DNA of 64,000 nucleotides from Oscillospiraceae bacterium (GTDB lineage Bacteria; Bacillota; Clostridia; Oscillospirales; Acutalibacteraceae): NCBI GenBank assembly GCA_009779995.1, contig WRDW01000003.1, positions 2,392 to 66,391 of the forward strand, read 5' to 3'. Shown piece by piece: positions 37,647 to 46,347 of this stretch (position 1 is its first letter; each line of letters starts with the position of its first letter). The notes under the pieces were generated by a model. It saw only the letters and a program-made list of their open reading frames with translations, ran no database searches and was not told where the DNA came from. The position numbers and the translations under genes were made by a program.

Positions 37647-39557
37647 TTGCAGCAGAACGAAAAAAAAGAGGTCCTGGATGCGTCGGTCCGGGGGAGGAAG
37701 CCCTACGCGCCCAGCCTGCCCGCGGGGACGGCCAGCAAGCCGCCCGCGACGAGGTCTATCGGCAAGCGGCCCGCGCAGCCCGCGGCAGAAGACGCGAAGC
37801 GGGGAGCCGCACCGCAGGTGCCGCCGCAGACGCCGCCGCAAAAACAAAAAATGCCCGACGGACAGCCCGCCAAGCGCGGCCGACCGCGCAAGCAGAAGCT
37901 CGAGCCTGTAAAAGTTACATTTTTGGGTGGGCTCAACGAAGTCGGGAAGAACCTGACTGTGTACGAGTTCAAGGGCGACAAGATCATCGTGGACTGCGGG
38001 CTGGCCTTCCCGGACGCGGAGACGCCGGGCATTGATTTGATCATTCCGGACTATGCCTGGCTGGAGCAGAACGCCGACAGCATCCGGGGCATCGTGATCA
38101 CCCACGGGCACGAGGACCACATCGGCGGGCTGCCCTACCTGCTGCGGCGCGTCAACGCGCCGGTGTACTCCGCGCGGCTGACATTGGGGCTCATACGGGG
38201 CAAGCTGAAGGAGCACCGCATCCTGGAGCGGACGAAGCTCATCGAGGTGCGCCCCGGCGACACCATCCCCCTGGGCTGTTTTTTAGTGGAGACCATCCAT
38301 GTCAACCACTCCATCCCGGACAGCTTCGCCCTGGCCATCACCTGCGACGCGGGGACAATTATCCAGACCGGGGATTTTAAAATTGACACCACGCCCATTG
38401 ACGGCGAAATGATCGACCTCTCGCGGCTCTCGCGCTATGGGAAGAAGGGCGTGCTGGCCCTGCTCTCGGATTCCACCAACGCCGAGCGGCCCGGCTACAC
38501 CATGAGCGAGCGGAAAGTCGGCGAGAGCTTCGAGACGCTGTTCCGCAAAGCTGTGGGCAGACGCTTGCTGGTGGCGACGTTTTCCAGCAACGTGCACAGG
38601 GTGCAGCAGATCATCGACGCGGCGGCGCATACGGGCCGGAAAGTCGCGCTCATAGGCCGCAGCATGGAGAACGTGGTGAGCGTGGGCATGGAGCTCGGCT
38701 ACCTCCACGTGCCCGACGGCATCATGATCCCCATCGACATGATCAACCGATACACGCCCGACCAGCTGGTGATCATCACCACGGGCAGCCAGGGCGAGCC
38801 CATGAGCGCGCTGACCCGCATGGCCTTCTCCGACCACAGAAAAGTCGAAATAGGGCCTCAAGATTGCGTGATTATTTCGGCCACGCCCATCCCCGGCAAC
38901 GAAAAAACAGTTGGCAAAGTGATAAACGAATTGCTCAAGCTCGGCGCTGAAGTTGTGTATGAAAAGATGTACGACGTGCACGTCTCCGGCCACGCCTGCC
39001 AGGAGGAGCTGAAGATCATGCTGGGGGTGACCAGGCCGAAGTATTTCATCCCCGTGCACGGCGAGCAGAAGCACCTTGTCAAGCACGCCCAGCTGGCCCA
39101 GGGCATGGGCCTGCACCCCCACAACATCATGATCGCCGACAACGGCATACAGCTGGAGCTGACCCTGGACGAGATGAAGGTCGCCGAGCCGGTGCCCGCG
39201 GGCAGCGTCTACGTGGACGGCTACGGCGTGGGCGACGTGGGCTCGGCGGTGCTGCGCGACAGAAGGCATCTCTCCCAGGAGGGCATGATCGTGGTGTCGG
39301 TGTGCATGAGCCGGGAGAGCGGGCAGATCCTCTCCGGCCCGGAGATCATCACCAAAGGCTTCGTGTACGTGAAGGAATCCGGCGACCTGCTGGAGGAGGC
39401 CCGCTTCGCCGCGCGGCGCGTGATCGAGGAGACCCCGGGCCGCCAGCGCCGCGACTTCAACACCCTGAAGGGCAAGCTGCGCGACGAGGTCTCCCGCCTG
39501 ATGTACGAGCGCACCAAGCGCAGCCCGCTGGTGCTGCCGGTGGTGCTGGAGGGGTAA
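37647..39557 (+). CDS. rnj: Ribonuclease J with ~90-aa basic/Pro-rich N-terminal extension
   Basis: TTG start behind AAAGGAG. Beta-lactamase/beta-CASP core: FLGGLNEVGKN, ITHGHEDHIGGLPYLL, ..HVSGHA.. Confidence 0.93.
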   Translation: MQQNEKKEVLDASVRGRKPYAPSLPAGTASKPPATRSIGKRPAQPAAEDAKRGAAPQVPPQTPPQKQKMPDGQPAKRGRPRKQKLEPVKVTFLGGLNEVGKNLTVYEFKGDKIIVDCGLAFPDAETPGIDLIIPDYAWLEQNADSIRGIVITHGHEDHIGGLPYLLRRVNAPVYSARLTLGLIRGKLKEHRILERTKLIEVRPGDTIPLGCFLVETIHVNHSIPDSFALAITCDAGTIIQTGDFKIDTTPIDGEMIDLSRLSRYGKKGVLALLSDSTNAERPGYTMSERKVGESFETLFRKAVGRRLLVATFSSNVHRVQQIIDAAAHTGRKVALIGRSMENVVSVGMELGYLHVPDGIMIPIDMINRYTPDQLVIITTGSQGEPMSALTRMAFSDHRKVEIGPQDCVIISATPIPGNEKTVGKVINELLKLGAEVVYEKMYDVHVSGHACQEELKIMLGVTRPKYFIPVHGEQKHLVKHAQLAQGMGLHPHNIMIADNGIQLELTLDEMKVAEPVPAGSVYVDGYGVGDVGSAVLRDRRHLSQEGMIVVSVCMSRESGQILSGPEIITKGFVYVKESGDLLEEARFAARRVIEETPGRQRRDFNTLKGKLRDEVSRLMYERTKRSPLVLPVVLEG

Positions 39558-39805
39558 TGGACGAAAAAGTTTTTGAAAATCACACGCATCTCTGCGAAAC
39601 AAAGATGCTGCACGGAGAACACGCAAAATGCAATTTTTCCAGAGATGAAGGCTTTATTGAGCGATGCAAGATCAGAATTTCCCTGGGACTGAACCCATTC
39701 GTGAAGAACAGGGAGATGGGTGGCCATGACCTTTGCGATTATTGCACTCATATGAGGACGGTGTTTTTGAGCGACGATAGGACGGCAATTGCAAGAATTG
39801 ACTAG
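39557..39805 (+). CDS. Small Cys/His-rich hypothetical protein, translationally coupled to rnj
   Basis: TAATG stop/start overlap with rnj. 82 aa: MDEKVFENHTHLCETKMLHGEHAKCNF..HDLCDYCTHMR. About 43% GC against about 62% in the flanks. A terminator follows. Confidence 0.4.
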   Translation: MDEKVFENHTHLCETKMLHGEHAKCNFSRDEGFIERCKIRISLGLNPFVKNREMGGHDLCDYCTHMRTVFLSDDRTAIARID

Positions 39806-39829
39806 GCCACTCGCAACCCCAAAATAACA

Positions 39830-39868
39830 AACCGGGCTATGCGCAGCGCATGGCCCGGTTTTGCTTTT
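39830..39868 (+). terminator. Intrinsic terminator of the rnj unit
   Basis: AACCGGGC-tatgcgcagcgcatg-GCCCGGTT followed by TTGCTTTT. Confidence 0.75.
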
Positions 39869-39923
39869 CTGAAATTACTAATATCCCAAGACGCACTGCC
39901 GTGCGTCTCTACACGAACGAAAC

Positions 39924-40850
39924 TCACGGGTAGGGCAGGCCCTCGGGCCACCAATCGGGCTTGGTGGTGGTGGTGGTGGTTCTGGTGGTGCGCGAGGTGG
40001 GCTGGACGTAGGTGTAGGGGGTGGTGGGCTTCTTGGTGGTTGTGGTGGTGCGGGTGGTTGTGGGGGCCGTGGTGGTGGTGACAGTCGTCGTCGGCTCCTC
40101 GGTGATGGGGTTGCCCTCTTCGTCGGTGGGAGGCGTGGTGGTGGTGAACTGGTCTATGCCCGAGACGGAGGCGTCGTAGGTGGGCCAGGCGGTGCGGGTG
40201 GTGGTTCTGGTGGAGGTGGTGTAATTGTAGTCGTTCGTATAGCCCATGGGCGGGGTGGGATAGGTGGCGTAGGTGGTCTGGATCTCCGGGCCCGCGACGA
40301 CGTTCAGGGAGCTGACCTGGCGGATGAGCATCTCCGGGGTGCCGCTCTTCGGGCACATGCGCAGGGGCGGGTCGGCGTCGATGGGCGCGCCGTCCACCTC
40401 CCAGGCGAGCAGGGTGTCCCCGGCCATGGCCATCGCGGCGCTGTAGACCGCCGAGACCCCGCTGATGGAGGTCACCGTGACGCTGGCGACCCCCTGCATC
40501 CCGCAGAAGTTTGTCAGCAGCGAGCGCAGCGTGACGCCGCCGTATTTCACTTTGGCGGAAAGGCCGGTCTCCAGGTTGGTGCTGGTCATCTCCATCTGCA
40601 CCTTGGGCAGGATGCGCGCGTCCTCGCTGGTGAAGGTGCTCACGCCCTGCACCCCGCGTATCTCTATGCTCCAGAAGCCGGGGAGGGCGCTGACGTCGGT
40701 GGTGGGGGGCTCGGTGGTGGTGGGTACTTCGGTGGTGGTGGGCGGCTCGGTGGTGGGGAAATCGGGCGTGCGGTTGCAGGCGGCAAAGCCGAACAGCAGC
40801 GCCCCGGCCAGCAGCAGGGCCAGCCACTGTATCAAACGGATTTTTTTCAT
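39924..40850 (-). CDS. Thr/Pro-rich lipoprotein, function unknown
   Basis: Lipobox MKKIRLIQWLALLLAGALLFGFAAC, TTEPPTTTE and TTTRTTTT linkers. Central domain unassigned. Start trimmed to 40850. Confidence 0.65.
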   Translation of the reverse strand: MKKIRLIQWLALLLAGALLFGFAACNRTPDFPTTEPPTTTEVPTTTEPPTTDVSALPGFWSIEIRGVQGVSTFTSEDARILPKVQMEMTSTNLETGLSAKVKYGGVTLRSLLTNFCGMQGVASVTVTSISGVSAVYSAAMAMAGDTLLAWEVDGAPIDADPPLRMCPKSGTPEMLIRQVSSLNVVAGPEIQTTYATYPTPPMGYTNDYNYTTSTRTTTRTAWPTYDASVSGIDQFTTTTPPTDEEGNPITEEPTTTVTTTTAPTTTRTTTTTKKPTTPYTYVQPTSRTTRTTTTTTKPDWWPEGLPYP

Positions 40851-40939
40851 AGGCGCGAAGCCCTTCTTTCTTCCGATTATGTACTTGAGAGATGAGAGAT
40901 TCAGGTAATTTGAAAGGGGACAGGCCCCAAATTTGTCCC

Positions 40940-40968
40940 ATTGTATCACAATTTTGCATAAAAAGCAA
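40940..40968 (-). promoter_or_regulatory. Promoter of the Thr-rich lipoprotein gene
   Basis: Minus strand: TTGCTT, 17 nt, TG-n-TACAAT (extended -10). Confidence 0.45.
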
Positions 40969-41203
40969 GTGGTATTTTTGGGTTTAAAGCTTATTTTACA
41001 TTTCGTTCACGGGGGGTTAATTTGGGCTTGTTTGGCATAAGGATGGGAGTAGACAGCAGCAGCCGCCATCGACGTCCACGAGGACGGCGCTTTGCGCGTG
41101 CCCTGCACTGCTCCCTCACCGCCTGCGGGCGGAGCACCGCTCCGCCGCAGCGGCGTTCCTCGTGCGCCTAAACGAAACGCAGCAGTAACAGGAGAAACAC
41201 CTT

Positions 41204-42736
41204 ATGACCCCCACCCGCAAATTGATTCTCAATACGGCCCTGTTGACGGCAGCGTCGTTTTTGATGCAGACGGTGAACGTGGCCTACAATGTCTACCTCA
41301 CAAACAAAATAGGCGCGGCGGGCATCGGGCTGTTCCAGCTGACGCTGACGGTCTACGGCATGGCGGTCACCTTCGCCTGCGCGGGGGTGCGCCTGGGCGC
41401 GACAAGGCTGAACATCGACCTGCTCTCGAAGGACCCGGGGGCCTCGCTGCGGCGCTCCATGCGGCTGTGCCTGGGCTACGCCTTCGCGCTGAGCATGATG
41501 GTGTCAGTGGTGCTCTTCGCCGGCGCGCCCCTGGCCGCCGAGCACTGGCTGCACGATATGCGCACCGAACGGCCCCTGCGCTGGCTGGCGGCGGGGCTGC
41601 CGCTGGTGTCCGTCACGGCGGCGATGCAGGGCTACTTCGTAGGGGTGCGCACGGTTTACAAGAGCGCCATGTCCCAGGGGCTGGAGCAGGGCGTGCGCAT
41701 CCTGTGCGCGATGTTCTTCCTGGGCAGGATGCTGGAGGGCGGGATCGAAAGCGCCTGCCTGGCGATCGTCTACGGCATGGTGGCCGGGGAGGTGGCCGTG
41801 CTGGCGTTTTCGATCCTGCTGCTGCGGCGCTCGAAGCATATGAGAGTGCCCGCCGGGCCGGGGGATCACCTGCGATTGCGCGATCTGCTGCACATCTCCG
41901 GCCCGGAGGCCGCCGGGGCCTGCGCCCGCAGCGTGCTGCTCACCACCGAGCACCTGCTGATCCCGCGGGGTTTCCAGGCCGCCGGGCGCTCGAAGGAGGA
42001 GGCCATGCGCATCTACGGGGTGATCCACGCCATGGCGCTGCCGGTGCTGCTGTACCCCTCGGCGGTGCTCAGCTCGCTGTCGAGCCTGCTTGTCCCTGAA
42101 ATTTCAGAGCTGCGCGTGCGCAGGCAAAGCGATCAGATCAACTCGGCAGTACAGAAAATTATAAAACTCTCCATGCTCTACGGCATATTTGCCGGGGGAA
42201 TCTTCTTCGCCTTCGCCGCGCCGCTGAGCCTGCGCATCTACGGCAATTCTGATTCCGCGCGCTATTTGCAAATTCTCGCGCCGCTGATACCCATCATGTA
42301 CATGGACATGAGCGTGGACGGGATGCTCAAGGGCCTGGACGAACAGAAGGCCTCCATGCTGTACAACATCATCGATTCGGGGCTGTGCGTCATCCTGGTA
42401 TATCTCCTGCTGCCGCGCATGGCCATCAAGGGCTACATCATCGTGCTGTACGTCAGCGAGATTTACAACTTCTTCTTCAGCGTACGCCGCCTGTTGATCG
42501 TCACCGGCGCGCAGCGCCTGACCCTGCGCGCCGTGGCCGAGCCCCTGCTGTGCGCGGCCTGCGCCGCGCTGGTCCCCCTGGCGGTTTTCAGCGCCGCGCG
42601 GCCCGGCGGGCTAAGCGCTTCCACCGCGCTGCTGGTGCTGGCGATCCTTGGGGCTGCTGTGTTTTATTTTGCTGCGCTCTATTTGGTGGGGGCCATTAAA
42701 AGGGAGGATTTGCGGCGGGTGCGGCGGGCGGGGTGA
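41204..42736 (+). CDS. spoVB: Stage V sporulation protein B / MOP-superfamily flippase
   Basis: 510 aa, polytopic. The N-terminus ..LILNTALLTAASFLMQTVNVAYNVYLTNKIGAAGIGLFQL.. is typical of SpoVB/MurJ-like proteins. Confidence 0.8.
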   Translation: MTPTRKLILNTALLTAASFLMQTVNVAYNVYLTNKIGAAGIGLFQLTLTVYGMAVTFACAGVRLGATRLNIDLLSKDPGASLRRSMRLCLGYAFALSMMVSVVLFAGAPLAAEHWLHDMRTERPLRWLAAGLPLVSVTAAMQGYFVGVRTVYKSAMSQGLEQGVRILCAMFFLGRMLEGGIESACLAIVYGMVAGEVAVLAFSILLLRRSKHMRVPAGPGDHLRLRDLLHISGPEAAGACARSVLLTTEHLLIPRGFQAAGRSKEEAMRIYGVIHAMALPVLLYPSAVLSSLSSLLVPEISELRVRRQSDQINSAVQKIIKLSMLYGIFAGGIFFAFAAPLSLRIYGNSDSARYLQILAPLIPIMYMDMSVDGMLKGLDEQKASMLYNIIDSGLCVILVYLLLPRMAIKGYIIVLYVSEIYNFFFSVRRLLIVTGAQRLTLRAVAEPLLCAACAALVPLAVFSAARPGGLSASTALLVLAILGAAVFYFAALYLVGAIKREDLRRVRRAG

Positions 42737-42752
42737 TTTTTCGACAAAAGGC

Positions 42753-42781
42753 TTGCGTTTCCAAAAATTGTATGCTATAAT
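42753..42781 (+). promoter_or_regulatory. Promoter of the small-ORF transcript (locus 1)
   Basis: TTGCGT, 17 nt, TATAAT. The 30-bp cassette is 27/30 identical to the ThuA-like promoter at 52613-52642. Confidence 0.55.
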
Positions 42782-42988
42782 GAAAAATAGAGTTGCGCCC
42801 TGCGGCGCAAACAAAACGCAGGGGACGCCAGCCGGTGAAAATTCGCGGCAGTTGCCGGTGCGGGTTTTACATAGGCCCCGAAGGCCAGCCCAGCCGCCGT
42901 AACCTTTCCTGCCATTACATTTCTTGCGCAAGTTCGGAGTGTTAAACGTCCCCTGCGGGGGCCGTTGAATGGAAAGGGGGGTGAAGCC

Positions 42989-43081
42989 ATGTGGGAAATC
43001 GTCGGTGTGGTCTTGCAGGCCACATCAATAATAGTAGCACTGGTTGAACTGTTCCTTTATTTGCGAGATCACCGTAAATAA
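42989..43081 (+). CDS. Candidate 30-aa hydrophobic peptide (type I toxin-like)
   Basis: SD GGAAAGGGGGG, then ATG. MWEIVGVVLQATSIIVALVELFLYLRDHRK: one TM helix and a basic tail. Too short for the ORF track. Confidence 0.45.
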   Translation: MWEIVGVVLQATSIIVALVELFLYLRDHRK

Positions 43082-43089
43082 ATTTACGG

Positions 43090-43195
43090 GAGCAAATAAA
43101 GCGAACTAGCCGCTCCCTATCGCAAAGTGCGCGGCTAGTTCGTTCATGTATGGCGAAAAGGATCACCGTCTCGCAACGCAACCCTCCCTGACAAC
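43090..43195 (-). ncRNA. Candidate antisense RNA to the 3' UTR of the locus-1 small-ORF mRNA
   Basis: Starts just downstream of the minus-strand promoter at 43199-43227. Ends at hairpin CGAACTAGCCGC..GCGGCTAGTTCG followed by CTTTATTTG. Confidence 0.35.
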
Positions 43196-43248
43196 TCCAT
43201 TATACATCGGCCAAATGGTTTTGTCAATGGGGAGGGCTTGTTTTTTTA
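43181..43248 (+). terminator. Long-hairpin terminator of the locus-1 mRNA
   Basis: CCCTCCC-TGACAA..CCAT / ATGG..TTGTCA-GGGAGGG followed by CTTGTTTTTTT. Its loop holds the antisense promoter. Confidence 0.55.
43199..43227 (-). promoter_or_regulatory. Convergent antisense promoter (locus 1)
   Basis: Minus strand: TTGACA, 17 nt, TATAAT. Confidence 0.55.
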
Positions 43249-43255
43249 GAAAATC

Positions 43256-43284
43256 TTGCAAAACCTCCGCCCGTGTGTTACAAT
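43256..43284 (+). promoter_or_regulatory. Promoter of yhbY-like/SDR unit
   Basis: TTGCAA, 17 nt, TACAAT. Confidence 0.5.
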
Positions 43285-43321
43285 AAGGTTGCTCCCCCTG
43301 CCGCTGCGGCGGCATCCCCCT

Positions 43322-43363
43322 CACCCACCCCAACGAATCTGCGGATTCGTCGGGGACCCCGGG
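43322..43363. repeat. REP-like hairpin CACCCCAnCGAATCTGCGGATTCGyCGGGGACCCCG
   Basis: The same ~38-nt element occurs at 19971-20007 (in the T-box leader) and, inverted, at 62580-62625 (inside recG). Confidence 0.85.
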
Positions 43364-43405
43364 CAAGCGAATGGGGCAGGGGAATATAAACAGAAAGGCA
43401 TCGAT

Positions 43406-43780
43406 ATGACAAGCAAAGAGCGCGCCGCGCTGCGCGGGGAGGCCAATTCGCTGGCGGCCATGTTCCAGGTGGGCAAGGAGGGCGTCACCCCGGCGGTGGC
43501 GGCGCAGATGGCGGAGGCCTTCAACACGCGCGAGCTGCTCAAGGGCAAGGTGCTGCTGGAGAGCTGCCCGCAGCCCCCCCGGGAGGCCGCCGAGGCCCTG
43601 GCCGCGCTGACGGGCAGCGAGGTAGTTCAGGTGGTGGGAGGCAGCATGGTGTTTTTCAAGGTGAATCTCGAATTGCGAAAGAAATTGGCGGAGAAGGCGA
43701 AGGCAGAAAAAACGAAGATACAGCTGGAGGGAAGACAACCTGCCGCCCGCACACATAAAACCAAAAGGAGAAATCCATGA
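43406..43780 (+). CDS. yhbY: YhbY-like CRM-domain RNA-binding protein
   Basis: MTSKERAALRGEANSL..MFQVGKEGVT..ELLKGKVL.. matches the YhbY pattern. Basic C-terminal tail. Confidence 0.8.
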   Translation: MTSKERAALRGEANSLAAMFQVGKEGVTPAVAAQMAEAFNTRELLKGKVLLESCPQPPREAAEALAALTGSEVVQVVGGSMVFFKVNLELRKKLAEKAKAEKTKIQLEGRQPAARTHKTKRRNP

Positions 43781-44589
43781 CCGATACAAAATCAGCCCTC
43801 ATCATAGGCGGCAGCAGGGGCATAGGCCGCGCGAGCTGCCTCGCGCTGGCGCGCGACGGCTATGACGTCGCCTTCACCTGGCACAGCGCGCAGGACGATG
43901 CCGCCGGGACGGCGAAAGAGATCGAGGCCATGGGGCGGCGCTGCGCGTATTTCCGGGCCGACATGGGCGAGCCGGACGCCCCGGAACGCGCCGTAAACCG
44001 GGCGATCGAGGCCATGGGGCGCGTTGACGCGCTGGTGACGGTGGCGGGCGTCACCCGCTGGAACAGCACGGCGGAGCTCACCGGCGAGAAGATCGACGAA
44101 GTATACAATTGCGATTACCGGGCCGTGCTGCTGTGCACGTCCTATGCGGCGCGGCACATGATTGAGCATGAGATTAAGGGCAGCATCGTGCATATTTCTT
44201 CTGTGCATGCCTTCGCGGCCTGGGCCAACGACGGCGTCTACGGCGGCATGAAGGCCGCGCTCAACCGCACCACCGAGTCCGAGGCCCTGGATTTGAGCCT
44301 CTACGGCATACGGGTCAACTGCGTGGCCCCGGGCATGACCAGCGTGCGCGGCGAGGACAGCCCGGAGAATCTCAGGCGCGAGTGGGCCTACAAGATCCCC
44401 CTGGGGCGCTACGGCTGCGCCCGGGATATCGCCGAGGCCGTGGCCTTTTTGGCGAGCGACCGGGCCAGCTACATCACCGGCGTGACGCTGAAGGTGGACG
44501 GCGGCATGAGCCTGCCCGCCATGAACGACGACAGCAGGCCCGAGGCGGGGTACGGGTGGGACAGGCGCAGGATGCAGGTTAGGGGTTAG
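43777..44589 (+). CDS. SDR family oxidoreductase
   Basis: IIGGSRGIG (TGxxxGIG), ..SSV..Y..K catalytic residues. Confidence 0.85.
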   Translation: MTDTKSALIIGGSRGIGRASCLALARDGYDVAFTWHSAQDDAAGTAKEIEAMGRRCAYFRADMGEPDAPERAVNRAIEAMGRVDALVTVAGVTRWNSTAELTGEKIDEVYNCDYRAVLLCTSYAARHMIEHEIKGSIVHISSVHAFAAWANDGVYGGMKAALNRTTESEALDLSLYGIRVNCVAPGMTSVRGEDSPENLRREWAYKIPLGRYGCARDIAEAVAFLASDRASYITGVTLKVDGGMSLPAMNDDSRPEAGYGWDRRRMQVRG

Positions 44590-44601
44590 GAGTTAGGGGA
44601 T

Positions 44602-45294
44602 ATGATCCAAAACTATACTGATTTCATCCGCGAGCTGCTGGCCGCCGGGTTCTCGCAGTTTGGCGGGAGCAAGGACAATTTGACCAGCCTGTTCCAATAC
44701 GGCTGGAACAGCCAACCGGAGGAGTGCCCCGTGCAGTGGTTCTCCGGCGACCCGGACCGCGACCCCTGGCACTGGCGCGAGCGCGTGATTATACAGAGAA
44801 ATGACATCGCCTATGCCAAGCTGTTCCTCCAGAAGCATGGCTTTATTACGAAGGAATGGTATCCGTATTTTCTGGCGGCCAGACGGAAGGGCCGGGATTT
44901 CGCCGAGGCCTACGCCGAGGGCCTGCACAGCCGGGCCGCGCAGCGCATCTACGAGTGCCTGCGGGAGAACGGCGCGCTGCCCGTGCACGACATCAAGCCC
45001 GTGGCGGGATTTGGCCGCGAGGAGAAGTCCTCGTTTGAACGCGCATTGACTGAATTGCAGATGGGGCTCTACATCACCGTGTGCGGCCACGCGCAGAAGA
45101 TCAGCAGGGCAGGGGAGCCCTACGGCTGGTCCTCGGACGTGTATTGTTTGGCGGAGGAGTTCTTTCCTGATGAAGTCTTCCATGCCGCTTCGCTTCTTGA
45201 GCCCGAAGAGGCCGCCGAGAAGATAGAGGCGCAGGTTTATAAGCTCAATCCGGCTGCCGCGCCGAAGAAGGTGAGAAGGTTTATCTCTGGATAG
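44602..45294 (+). CDS. Hypothetical protein (possibly winged-helix, AlkZ-related)
   Basis: 230-aa coding-like ORF. Family guess only. Confidence 0.5.
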   Translation: MIQNYTDFIRELLAAGFSQFGGSKDNLTSLFQYGWNSQPEECPVQWFSGDPDRDPWHWRERVIIQRNDIAYAKLFLQKHGFITKEWYPYFLAARRKGRDFAEAYAEGLHSRAAQRIYECLRENGALPVHDIKPVAGFGREEKSSFERALTELQMGLYITVCGHAQKISRAGEPYGWSSDVYCLAEEFFPDEVFHAASLLEPEEAAEKIEAQVYKLNPAAAPKKVRRFISG

Positions 45295-45420
45295 CCTTAC
45301 CGGGATGTGCTGCAGAGGGATATGATTGCGTAGAAAAATAACGTTTGTTAGTGCGGCGAAATACCTGTAGGGCGTTGCATTGCAGCGCCGAACAAATCTA
45401 CGGATAAAAGGAGACCCCCC

Positions 45421-46131
45421 ATGAACGAATTCACCCTCACCTGGCTCGGCCAGGGCGGCTATGCCCTGCAAATTGGCGAAAAAACGCTCTACCTCGACCC
45501 CTACATGTCCGACATGGTGGGCAAGAAGGAGAAGCTCGCGCGCCTGGTGCCCCCGCCCATCGCCCCGGATGACGCGCATCCTGATTACTGCCTCGCCACC
45601 CACGACCACATGGACCACCTCGATACTGATTTTATCTCGCAGATGGACTGCGCAAACGTGAAATTTATTTGCCCGGAGAGCTGTAAAAATGCTCTTTTGG
45701 CCTTGGGACACGGCATTGAGGAGAGCCAGATTATCGTTCTCAATCGCGGGGATGTATTGGAGTTTGATAGCTTCACCCTGCGCGCCGTATACGCCGACCA
45801 TACGCCCGACAGCGTGGGCTTTGTGATCGCTTTTGATGAAATTACGGTCTATTTCACCGGCGATACCCTCTATGGCGATGAAGTAGGCGCAAATGTGAGT
45901 GCTGACATAATTTGCTGTTGCATCAACGGCAAATGGGGCAACATGAACGCGGAGGAGGCCGTGCAGGTGGCCCTGCGCTCCGGCGCGTCAATAGCCATTC
46001 CCAACCATTACGGCATGTTCGCGGAGAACACCGCCGACCCGGCGATTTTCCGCGCCATGGCCGAGGCGGCGGGCCTGCGGACGTATACCATGGGGCATGG
46101 GGAGACGGTGGATATGAAAGGGTTGCTGTGA
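45421..46131 (+). CDS. MBL-fold metallo-hydrolase
   Basis: ..CLATHDHMDHLD.. is the HxHxDH motif. Confidence 0.85.
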   Translation: MNEFTLTWLGQGGYALQIGEKTLYLDPYMSDMVGKKEKLARLVPPPIAPDDAHPDYCLATHDHMDHLDTDFISQMDCANVKFICPESCKNALLALGHGIEESQIIVLNRGDVLEFDSFTLRAVYADHTPDSVGFVIAFDEITVYFTGDTLYGDEVGANVSADIICCCINGKWGNMNAEEAVQVALRSGASIAIPNHYGMFAENTADPAIFRAMAEAAGLRTYTMGHGETVDMKGLL

Positions 46132-46170
46132 AGATTGGGATAGCAGGACAAAATAATTCTGCGAAAGACG

Positions 46171-46199
46171 TTGCAATTTCTGGAAGCGTAATGTATAAT
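46171..46199 (+). promoter_or_regulatory. Promoter of the small-ORF transcript (locus 2)
   Basis: TTGCAA, 17 nt, TG-TATAAT. Confidence 0.55.
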
Positions 46200-46260
46200 T
46201 AAGTTGGCGCTGTTCGGCAGCGGCGGTTGCTCCCCTCGTCCTCGAAAGGGGGTGAGTTGG

Positions 46261-46347
46261 ATGGACGCAAACTTCGCAATCTACATCCTGGCATTTCTCG
46301 TAATCGCAACCGGTTATATCCTGTCCATCCACGGCAGTAAGAAGTAA
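46261..46347 (+). CDS. Candidate 28-aa hydrophobic peptide (type I toxin-like), paralog of 60721-60801
   Basis: SD AGGGGGTGAG, then ATG. MDANFAIYILAFLVIATGYILSIHGSKK. Shares YILAFLVIATGY with the other copy. Confidence 0.5.
   Translation: MDANFAIYILAFLVIATGYILSIHGSKK

Noticed and set aside
39221-39751. A minus-strand ORF downstream of rnj as an alternative to the small Cys/His ORF.
   Set aside because: It would need to overlap about 330 nt of the rnj 3' coding region antisense and has no SD. The plus-strand ORF is coupled to rnj and followed by the terminator. Even so, that ORF is only a low-confidence call.
39802-40968. The 388-aa His/Arg/Pro-rich ORF and other alternative-frame ORFs over repeat-rich genes (e.g. 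32466..33827).
   Set aside because: They are alternative frames of the Thr-rich lipoprotein gene and the transglutaminase-like gene. The chosen frames have a lipobox or TM segment and recognisable domains, whereas these translations are compositionally biased.
42785-42988. Calling the locus-1 leader a c-di-AMP (ydaO) or cobalamin riboswitch.
   Set aside because: Only short strings resemble the conserved cores. The B12 box and the ydaO pseudo-symmetric halves are not convincingly present, and the downstream gene is a 30-codon ORF. Left as a possibility to test with a covariance model, not annotated.
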